Shown here in pieces: positions 9,225 through 17,056 of a stretch of 64,000 nt of DNA (position 1 is its first letter; every line of letters begins with the position of its first letter). Location: NCBI GenBank assembly GCA_963693055.1, contig OY843751.1, forward strand, positions 4,672,001-4,736,000, in the 5' to 3' direction. The notes below the pieces were generated by a model. It did not search any database, was not told the origin of the DNA, and was given only the letters and a program-made list of their open reading frames with translations. This stretch comes from a bacterium (GTDB taxonomy: Bacteria > Zhuqueibacterota > Zhuqueibacteria > Residuimicrobiales > Krinioviventaceae). A program made the translations under genes and the position numbers.

Positions 9225-10934
9225 TCATTGTTTTCTTTGCTCATCTTTGATTCGCTCAATCATTTGTTTTCCATTTTCATTATCAGAATTCAATTCAATG
9301 GATTTCTTGTAATATAGCAATGAAAGATCATAGCGCCTGGTGTTATAAAAATATTCCGCATAACTATCCCAAACATTAAACGCATTCGGAAAAATCAATG
9401 TATTAACTTTGAAAACAGATCCTGCTCTTTCCAAATCACCTTTTTGCATCAAAACATAGCCTGCATTATTTATACTCTTTTCAAGCACCTTTTGATCAAA
9501 AATAGTAGACCACTCATAGTTTTTATATTTATCCTTCAAATGATGATAATACTCTAAAGCCGCACTGGCACCATTATCCGCTGCATAATCCGGAACGGAA
9601 ACCAACTCTGTACCATCAATAACCAATTCTAAAGCAGGATCATTACCCGAAAAGTAATCCTTACTTGAAAATGGAGCGGGAACATTGGGTTGAAAATATA
9701 TCGTTTGTGATGACCATGCATTATCTATTTGTCTCGATGCAATACCCAATCCGAACCCACTGTTAGGAAGATTTCCGACAAATTTCATATCACTAAAAAA
9801 ATTAAAAGGAGATGCCGAAGGCTCACCTATAAAAACAGCATTTGTATGTACTGCTAATTCGGTCATTAATATTACTGCTGCACTATATGTCCGATTACCA
9901 ATAAACACAAACACATTTTCTTTACCATTCAATTTATCTCTTTTAATAATTTGATTTATAAATGGTATTAACAGCCGACCATTCCCACCATCATTATAAC
10001 GTATATCCAGCACAAGTTTATCAATCTCATTTTCATGTAGATCAAAGTATGACCAAAAACGCTCAGAGAATTGAAAAAATGTTTCATTATTACCCGGTTG
10101 GTTAGCAACTTGGTTCAGTTGAAAATAAATAATTTTTTCATCAGACAAATGTTCAAACCAATAAAATTTCACATTCTTGTCTTGTTTTCTTAAATGAAGG
10201 GGAGTTGCTTTACCTAGAATTGTAGCCGCATGAACATATTCTCCCTCTGTAGGCCCCATATTTAACCTGTTAGACCAGGTGATTTTGCTGTTATCATGTA
10301 TTGATTTTAATGTAAGACTTTTTCGTTCACCATCTCTTGTCATTAAATCCAAACGTATTCTTTCTAAATTATCTCCTAATCCTAATCCATTCAATACTCT
10401 GGCAAATGTAATTCCCCGAAGCGCCGGACTTTTCCTACCGAACTTGGAATCCAAATTCGTAACACTTTCAAGAACAGACGTCACCTCTTCTATAGATTGG
10501 CCATTCACATTAATAACACGGGAACCCAAATATTGCTCATGTTCTTTATCGATGACTGTTATAAAAACACCATCTGAAAAATGGGCCAACCTAAAAGGGA
10601 ACCTTAAATCAGTTAAATCTAAAAACCCTTGATCAAAAAGTTGTGTATGCCCATCTTGAATGCTTGCAATAACTTTTTTAATTGAATAAAAAGCCCCCAA
10701 ATCCGATTCTGCAGCTTTTATTTCATTCACAGCCTGTTCAACAATAGAATTAAAATCATCTCGGGTTACTCTATAATATAGATTAGGATGATGTAATTTC
10801 AGATTTGATACTACAAAATCAAGATCATTTAACCACTGCTCAGTTGTAAATGCTTTTCCTGTTGTTGCAAAAACCTGAGATATAATACCAAAAACAAGAA
10901 TCAAAGAAATTTTCAAGATCTTCATAATTAACAA
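9225..10934 (-). CDS. Exported S41-like (tail-specific) peptidase-domain protein with C-terminal TPR
   Basis: Signal peptide; DGHT, LVLDIRYNDGGN, TYSAA and FIGEP motifs; TPR-like C-terminus (INNAGYVL...NVWDSYAE...KKSIELN). Confidence 0.7.
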   Translation of the reverse strand: MLIMKILKISLILVFGIISQVFATTGKAFTTEQWLNDLDFVVSNLKLHHPNLYYRVTRDDFNSIVEQAVNEIKAAESDLGAFYSIKKVIASIQDGHTQLFDQGFLDLTDLRFPFRLAHFSDGVFITVIDKEHEQYLGSRVINVNGQSIEEVTSVLESVTNLDSKFGRKSPALRGITFARVLNGLGLGDNLERIRLDLMTRDGERKSLTLKSIHDNSKITWSNRLNMGPTEGEYVHAATILGKATPLHLRKQDKNVKFYWFEHLSDEKIIYFQLNQVANQPGNNETFFQFSERFWSYFDLHENEIDKLVLDIRYNDGGNGRLLIPFINQIIKRDKLNGKENVFVFIGNRTYSAAVILMTELAVHTNAVFIGEPSASPFNFFSDMKFVGNLPNSGFGLGIASRQIDNAWSSQTIYFQPNVPAPFSSKDYFSGNDPALELVIDGTELVSVPDYAADNGASAALEYYHHLKDKYKNYEWSTIFDQKVLEKSINNAGYVLMQKGDLERAGSVFKVNTLIFPNAFNVWDSYAEYFYNTRRYDLSLLYYKKSIELNSDNENGKQMIERIKDEQRKQ

Positions 10935-11197
10935 CCTAAACTTTATTTACACAAAATAAATTCAACCTGGTTAGTAAAAGAAATCCGGTGTATTAGTATA
11001 TTACTTTTTCAGTATTAAGACAATCTTTTTTAGGTAAAATTCACTACAATTGCTTGATCTAAATCAAATCAGTATATAATAATAAAATCCATTTACCAGA
11101 TCAGCTAATACTCACATTTGTGGAGATTTACTATCCCTGTTTGAATAGTGTCTCTCCTTAATCCAATTTAACAAAATTAATAAAAAATATTGGATCG

Positions 11198-11872
11198 TCA
11201 AAACCGGTAGCTCAACAAATCCATTTTAACGCCAGGGCCACCACAGGAATCACGGAAATAACCCACCTGGCCTATAGACACACTTTTCTCTGATTTGACG
11301 GGACCCAGATTGTAGGCAAGCATTGAAAATGCAGTTGGCAAGACATATGTTAAAACGACTCCCAAATTAGAATCTGCGGTTTCAAGCGCTACCATAGCAA
11401 TACCGGTCCCCAAAACAGAGCCGCCCAACGCCCATAGAAACGATCTGTTTTTCTTTGCAATCAATCCTGTAACATGTACGCCACCCGCTATTCCCAACGC
11501 GTAACCTGCAAAAACCGTAAGAAACAATCCTCCCACATCTGTATCCCGATTATTGATAAACTGATTGCCATCAATTGCCAATCCCGCTGCTACACCCAGG
11601 GCTCCCCCCAATTCTGCCATTAGTAACTGCACCACGTAATAGTCGGTTTCATATACAGGCTGCTTCATATCAGACAACCGCAAAGCATTCATCGAAACAC
11701 CCGGTTCTGAATTATACCGAAAAGTATTCATACGCATGTCGTTCTGAAGAGCATTGGAACGGGAAAAAAGATGATGACCGGATGAATTGTTTTGAATTTG
11801 TGCAGAGACTAACGAGCTGATCATAAACAGCAACACCAACATCACTTGTCCAAAAACTATTTCTTTTCTCAT
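11198..11872 (-). CDS. Exported glycine-zipper membrane protein, paralog array member 7
   Basis: Signal peptide; Gly-rich hydrophobic segments; C-terminus GQVGYFRDSCGGPGVKMDLLSYRF shared with neighbours. Confidence 0.85.
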   Translation of the reverse strand: MRKEIVFGQVMLVLLFMISSLVSAQIQNNSSGHHLFSRSNALQNDMRMNTFRYNSEPGVSMNALRLSDMKQPVYETDYYVVQLLMAELGGALGVAAGLAIDGNQFINNRDTDVGGLFLTVFAGYALGIAGGVHVTGLIAKKNRSFLWALGGSVLGTGIAMVALETADSNLGVVLTYVLPTAFSMLAYNLGPVKSEKSVSIGQVGYFRDSCGGPGVKMDLLSYRF

Positions 11873-11895
11873 AACTTATTCCCTCACAAAAAACA

Positions 11896-12606
11896 TTAAA
11901 ACCGATAGTTTAACAAATCCATTTTAACACCAAGGCCGCCGCAGGCATCTTGATAATAGCCAAGCTGTCCCACAGAGATTTCTTTTTTACTTCTGTTATA
12001 ATCTAAATTCGAACTTGAATTATAATAGAGCATTGAAATAGCAGGCGGTAAACCAAATGCCGCAATGAATCCCATAGCGTTCGAATCAAAATCACCTCCC
12101 AGTGAAGCGAGGGTTAATCCAATTCCCGCACCTACTCCAAACATTGTTCCAACCAAAGCACGCCAATAGGAACCATCATCAATTCTATCTTTACCAACCT
12201 TATTCACACCTATTGGTACAGCAAAAAGATATCCAACATAAGCACCCACAATGGAATAACCCAATGCTTCCAAACCACCATCTCCAGCTAGCCCTAAAAC
12301 TAAAAAACCGGTACCTCCAGCAAGTATACCCAGCGCACCACAAACTTGAGACGTAATGAATTGCTCCACATAATAATCAACAGTTAAATTATGATTCTCA
12401 AACGTCTTTGAGCTATTCAATGGATTAGAGTTCAAGTTAGTACAATATCGATCCAAATGAAATGTATTTCCTCCCTGGTAATTATAGGGAATTAACCTTA
12501 CAGAAGGATCACCGCACTCGGCAGACTCTTTCCCCAATAATGTTGCACTCGTGTTCAATAATAAACAAAACATTACAATCCTAAAACCATAATAATCCAT
12601 ATCCAC
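11896..12606 (-). CDS. Exported glycine-zipper membrane protein, paralog array member 6
   Basis: RLIPYNYQG motif; C-terminus GQLGYYQDACGGLGVKMDLLNYRF. Confidence 0.85.
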   Translation of the reverse strand: MDMDYYGFRIVMFCLLLNTSATLLGKESAECGDPSVRLIPYNYQGGNTFHLDRYCTNLNSNPLNSSKTFENHNLTVDYYVEQFITSQVCGALGILAGGTGFLVLGLAGDGGLEALGYSIVGAYVGYLFAVPIGVNKVGKDRIDDGSYWRALVGTMFGVGAGIGLTLASLGGDFDSNAMGFIAAFGLPPAISMLYYNSSSNLDYNRSKKEISVGQLGYYQDACGGLGVKMDLLNYRF

Positions 12607-12712
12607 CTCTCAAAATAACCGTATCCACATGTATTCATCTAACTTTTTTGTTTTCCCAAAATTATCGGGCTACCCTTTTCAAAAATTGATCATCCCTCCA
12701 AAAGTAACCAGA

Positions 12713-13408
12713 TCAAAACCTGTAACTCAACAAATCCATTTTAACACCGAGGCCTCCGCAGGCATCCTGATAATAGCCAAGCTGTCCCACAGAGATTTCT
12801 GGGGAATGATCAGTCTCTTTCAACTCTTTGTGATCTTGGGGTTTTGTTTTTTTATTATACATAGCCATTGAACAAATTGGGGGTAACAAAAAACCAGCTG
12901 TGATACTCAAAGTTGAATTACCGGGATTTGAATCCGTTTCCAATGCTAAAACACCAATTGCTATTGCTGTGCCTAATAGGGAACCCAACAATGCACGTTT
13001 GTAAGATCCGTTTTGCCCAAATGCTTCACCTATACCATATGATCCCAATGAAACTCCCATAGCAAACCCTGCATAAGTAGACAGCACTCCTCCGGCCATC
13101 GAACCGTCAAGAATATTAAAACCTATTAATGCTCCTGCAAATAAACCCAAACACCCCGATACTTCGGCTATAATAAATTGTCCAGCCAAATAATAACCAT
13201 CATAAAAATCTATATTTGTTGCTACAGCAGATTCACGATCATTTAATTGTGGAGATTGATATTGACACAGATTTACCGACCTCTCACCCTGATAATTGTA
13301 TGGTACCAACCGGGGAGTGTTATCGGATTTGCTTTCGGGTTCCTGTGCGTAAACCGTAAAAGAGAATGCCGTGCAGATAGTGACAAGAAACAAAAAGCGG
13401 TTTTTCAA
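12713..13408 (-). CDS. Exported glycine-zipper membrane protein, paralog array member 5
   Basis: TTG start after AAGGAG; signal peptide ..VYA-QE; RLVPYNYQG; C-terminus GQLGYYQDACGGLGVKMDLLSYRF. Confidence 0.85.
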   Translation of the reverse strand: MKNRFLFLVTICTAFSFTVYAQEPESKSDNTPRLVPYNYQGERSVNLCQYQSPQLNDRESAVATNIDFYDGYYLAGQFIIAEVSGCLGLFAGALIGFNILDGSMAGGVLSTYAGFAMGVSLGSYGIGEAFGQNGSYKRALLGSLLGTAIAIGVLALETDSNPGNSTLSITAGFLLPPICSMAMYNKKTKPQDHKELKETDHSPEISVGQLGYYQDACGGLGVKMDLLSYRF

Positions 13409-13647
13409 AATATGTCTCCTTGATAGAATTATAACCCAAACAGGAATTTCCCCATGCGTTTTTTATTTTAGTTTTTTAATCTGTAATGTATGTATGTACG
13501 AATGGATATGCTCAATGTTCCATTTTGAAACCGCGCAAATCCTGCTAAAGGCCGGGAGTACTTTTGAGAGTTCAACACTAGAAAAAAACAGCATTCAATC
13601 CTATCATCCTTAAATCCTATGAATCATAATTCAGACAGGTAACCAGA
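13409..13647. repeat. 239-bp intergenic direct repeat, copy 1
   Basis: About 8 mismatches (hand count) against 14356-14594, offset 947 bp. Confidence 0.95.
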
Positions 13648-14355
13648 TCAAAACCTGTAACTCAACACATCCATTTTAACACCGAGGCCTCCGCAGGCAT
13701 CCTGATAATAGCCAAGCTGCCCCACAGTGATTTCAGGGGATAAATCAGTCTCTTTGAATTTATTGGGATATTTGGGTTTAAATTTTCTGTTATAATTTAT
13801 CATGGAACAGATTGTGGGCATAAGAAGCAATGCAGGACCTGTAAATACCGGAGTCTTGCTGTCTTTTTCTATTGCTGCTATGGTCATTCCTATACATGCC
13901 CCAAATAAAGAACCTTTCAGTGCTCGCCAATATGTACCATTTTGTACCTGTTTATAACCTGTTCCGTGTACTCCAAAAGCAACCCCTAATGTATACGACG
14001 TATACCCCACAACGATTGCAGCAGCAAGTCCATCCCATCCCTCTCTCCTGAACAAAGCTGGCCCCACGAGTACACCGGTTGTCATCCCAAGCCCACCTAC
14101 AAACTCTGCCATTAAAAATTGTTTAACAAAATATCCGACCGTAGCGCCTTGACCGGTTTCTGATAAAGGTTCGACAGAACCCTGTAAATTCAATGGACCG
14201 GGATTACACCAATACAAGTTGACAGTACTTTTGCCATGAAAATTATACGGAACCAGCCGGGGAGTATTATCGAATTTGCTTTCGGGTTCCTGTGCGTAAA
14301 CCGTAAAAGAAAATACCATACCAATACTAAGAAGAAACAACAAACTGTTTTTCAA
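13648..14355 (-). CDS. Exported glycine-zipper membrane protein, paralog array member 4
   Basis: N-terminus nearly identical to member 5 (FSFTVYAQEPESK.DNTPRLVPYN); C-terminus GQLGYYQDACGGLGVKMDVLSYRF. Confidence 0.85.
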   Translation of the reverse strand: MKNSLLFLLSIGMVFSFTVYAQEPESKFDNTPRLVPYNFHGKSTVNLYWCNPGPLNLQGSVEPLSETGQGATVGYFVKQFLMAEFVGGLGMTTGVLVGPALFRREGWDGLAAAIVVGYTSYTLGVAFGVHGTGYKQVQNGTYWRALKGSLFGACIGMTIAAIEKDSKTPVFTGPALLLMPTICSMINYNRKFKPKYPNKFKETDLSPEITVGQLGYYQDACGGLGVKMDVLSYRF

Positions 14356-14594
14356 AATATATCTCCTTAATAGATTTATAACCCAAACAGGAATTTCCCC
14401 ATGCGTTTTTTATTTTAATTTTTTAATCTGTAATGTATGTATGTACGAATGGATATGATCAATGTTCCATTTTGAAACCGCGCAAATCCTGCTAAAGGCC
14501 GGGAGTACTTTTGAGAGTTCAACACTAGAAAAAAACAGCATTCAATCCTATCATCCTTAAATCCTATAAATCATAATTCAGACAGGAAACCACA
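14356..14594. repeat. 239-bp intergenic direct repeat, copy 2
   Basis: Near-identical to 13409-13647. Confidence 0.95.
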
Positions 14595-15290
14595 TCAAAA
14601 CCTGCAACTCAACAAATCAATCTTAACGCCAGGGCCGCCGCATGCATCCTGATAATACCCAAGCTGCCCTGTAGATATTTCTGGTCCATGGGATTTAGTG
14701 TTGCCTTTATTATATAATATCATTGAAAGCGGAATCGGCAGTAGAAACGTCAATGCCGCCCCCACATTGGCTACTTCTGAACCTTGGCCCGCGATAATGG
14801 CGCCCAGCCCAATACTGGTTCCAATTGCAGATCCCATCAAGGCGCGTAAAAACGGCAAATCCTTATTATTGATGATACCAACCACATGCACACCTGTTGC
14901 AACTCCCAGAGCATATCCCGCATAAGCAAATCCAACCAGCTTTACAAAATCACTGCCTTCTTCATCATCACTGAATTCAACCCCGCTAAAGTTCACTCCT
15001 GCTGCTGTCCCCAACGCTCCCCCCAATCCTGCTATTAAAAACTGTGATATTAAATACCCGCCTTCTGGTGGTTTGCTATTTTTTACGGATATATTATCTG
15101 AATAACTGAATAAAATCGAATTCGCATGATACCGGTTTAAATCCACTCCCATATCCTTTTGCTGAATAAAGGGAATAATTCGGGCTGCATTTTCAAATGT
15201 AATACCTAAACCCGGATCGGTCGCATACACTGCCTGCGCAAATAAAAGACATACCATTAACACACTGCTAAAGCCTAATTTTTTTTTCAT
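14595..15290 (-). CDS. Exported glycine-zipper membrane protein, paralog array member 3
   Basis: Signal peptide; QFLIAGLGGALG; C-terminus GQLGYYQDACGGPGVKIDLLSCRF. Confidence 0.85.
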   Translation of the reverse strand: MKKKLGFSSVLMVCLLFAQAVYATDPGLGITFENAARIIPFIQQKDMGVDLNRYHANSILFSYSDNISVKNSKPPEGGYLISQFLIAGLGGALGTAAGVNFSGVEFSDDEEGSDFVKLVGFAYAGYALGVATGVHVVGIINNKDLPFLRALMGSAIGTSIGLGAIIAGQGSEVANVGAALTFLLPIPLSMILYNKGNTKSHGPEISTGQLGYYQDACGGPGVKIDLLSCRF

Positions 15291-15377
15291 TCAAGCACCC
15301 CATTCCAGTTTGTAAACCCGGATTTATCCCCGGGAACCTAAAAAAATTCTATACCGATTACAAAGCAATTCCGACTA

Positions 15378-16085
15378 TTAAAATCTACAACTCAATAAAT
15401 TCATTTTAACGCCTGGTCCGCCACATGCATCCTGATAGCATCCAAACTGACCGGCAGATATTTCCACAGGACTGGTTTTATTCGCACTTGCAACAGAATC
15501 TCGTTTATTATAAAGCATTATGGAACATACAGGTGGCAGCAAAACAAGAGACGAAAGACTAATTACGGCCTGGGGCTTGTTATTATCCAATTGAGAGGCA
15601 ATGGCTATTGCCAATCCTGCTCCAATCAAAGACCCTTTTAGCGCCTTACCAAAAGAACTGGAGACATTTGCATAACTCCCAACCTTGTGCACACCAAAAG
15701 CCGAACCCAAGGCATACCCGGCATAAGCACCGATCACGACAAATTCAATACCATCCATGTCTTCACTTTGGCCATCAACAAAAGGTATGCCGCAAATTCC
15801 CCCAACAAAGGACATGACTATACCATCAATTTCTGCAGACACAAATTGTTTAATATGCAATTTCGAATTTATTTTTTTTTGTTCTTTTTGATTAAATTTG
15901 GATAATGCACTTGCAGAGTCCTGTCCGGTATTCATACTATAGAGAACAGATTTATTCTCACCGCTGCTACAAAAAGATACCGGGAATAATTTCTCAACAG
16001 CCAGGATTTTTGAGGCAAACAACAGTATAAAAATCAACAAAAAACTTGAATGTATTAACCGAATGTTCAACATTTCCCCTCTCAA
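15378..16085 (-). CDS. Exported glycine-zipper membrane protein, paralog array member 2 (start may be the second Met, 16073)
   Basis: Signal peptide; QFVSAEIDG; C-terminus GQFGCYQDACGGPGVKMNLLSCRF. Confidence 0.8.
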   Translation of the reverse strand: MRGEMLNIRLIHSSFLLIFILLFASKILAVEKLFPVSFCSSGENKSVLYSMNTGQDSASALSKFNQKEQKKINSKLHIKQFVSAEIDGIVMSFVGGICGIPFVDGQSEDMDGIEFVVIGAYAGYALGSAFGVHKVGSYANVSSSFGKALKGSLIGAGLAIAIASQLDNNKPQAVISLSSLVLLPPVCSIMLYNKRDSVASANKTSPVEISAGQFGCYQDACGGPGVKMNLLSCRF

Positions 16086-16114
16086 ATATTAATAATCGCA
16101 ATAGACAATCAGCT

Positions 16115-16870
16115 CTAAAATTGCCAGCTAAAAACATTCACATTTACAACATTACCCCTCTTTTCATCATGAGAATAGTTGAACGCATTCAGGGATAATC
16201 CTACATTCCCGCCATCAATGCTCACAACCGAATCCAGATAATTCATATGGTTGGTAATATTATAACTTGCTATAGCGCCTATGGTTGGCAAAAAAAGTGT
16301 CAAGACCGAAATACGTCCCTCATCATTAAATTCTTCATCACTATCATCATAAGCATTTTCAATCATTATTCCTATCCCTGTTCCAATTACCGCGCTGGTC
16401 AACGTCCACCAAAACGATCCGTCTCTGTCCGCCTTTTCACCGACCCTATACACACCATCCACAACCCCATATGTATAACCAGCGGATATAACATAATATC
16501 CGGTATCAGACAAATCCCAATCATTCCCCAATTGTGCAGCATATACAACCAGGGCACTTGCAAGCAGACACATTAGCCCTTCGGTTTCTGCCATTAGAAA
16601 CTGTAAACCATAATATTGAATTGAATTAAAAACACTGAGATCCTGGGCCCTGTATCCATCAGACACTGAATTGAGCTTAACATAGTCCAGACTATAGGTT
16701 TCATTACCCTGATAGTTAAAAGGAACCAAAACCGGACCATCGTCAATAGTCTTAATTTGACGGGTCATTGCAAATGTGTTTTTATTACTCTGTAAAAGGT
16801 CTTGCGCAAAAACCATTGAACAAAAAATCAGTGTTACTAAAACCCCGGCCCGTATTGATCTGAGATACAT
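16115..16870 (-). CDS. Exported glycine-zipper membrane protein, paralog array member 1 (most divergent)
   Basis: Signal peptide; LVPFNYQG, YYGLQFLMAE, DGSFWW.L...IG and LP.IG..SYN motifs; C-terminus VVNVNVFSWQF. Confidence 0.8.
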   Translation of the reverse strand: MYLRSIRAGVLVTLIFCSMVFAQDLLQSNKNTFAMTRQIKTIDDGPVLVPFNYQGNETYSLDYVKLNSVSDGYRAQDLSVFNSIQYYGLQFLMAETEGLMCLLASALVVYAAQLGNDWDLSDTGYYVISAGYTYGVVDGVYRVGEKADRDGSFWWTLTSAVIGTGIGIMIENAYDDSDEEFNDEGRISVLTLFLPTIGAIASYNITNHMNYLDSVVSIDGGNVGLSLNAFNYSHDEKRGNVVNVNVFSWQF

Positions 16871-17056
16871 TCATATCCCCCAATTTATATAACTGTCGGT
16901 CCGTATTAACAAACCTGCGGATAATAATCACGGTACATTATTGGGAACCAACAATCAGGATAAAAAACTGTCTATTGATTTTTATTGTTTAACTACCCGC
17001 TTAAAGGCCAAGTTCCTTCAAGCGGGTAATTTTTCAAATCAAACAGCCAACGTTAT

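Noticed and set aside
11198-16870. Paralog array as integron cassettes, DGR targets or a CRISPR-like array
   Set aside because: No attC-like palindromes, integrase, reverse transcriptase or adenine-specific TR/VR pattern were seen. The repeats are gene termini and a long spacer, not short regularly spaced repeats.
16994-17028. Hairpin tacccgctt..aagcgggta between the GH106-like gene and the array as a terminator or IS200/605 end
   Set aside because: There is no U-tract on the transcribed (minus) strand and no partner end or transposase; function is unassignable.
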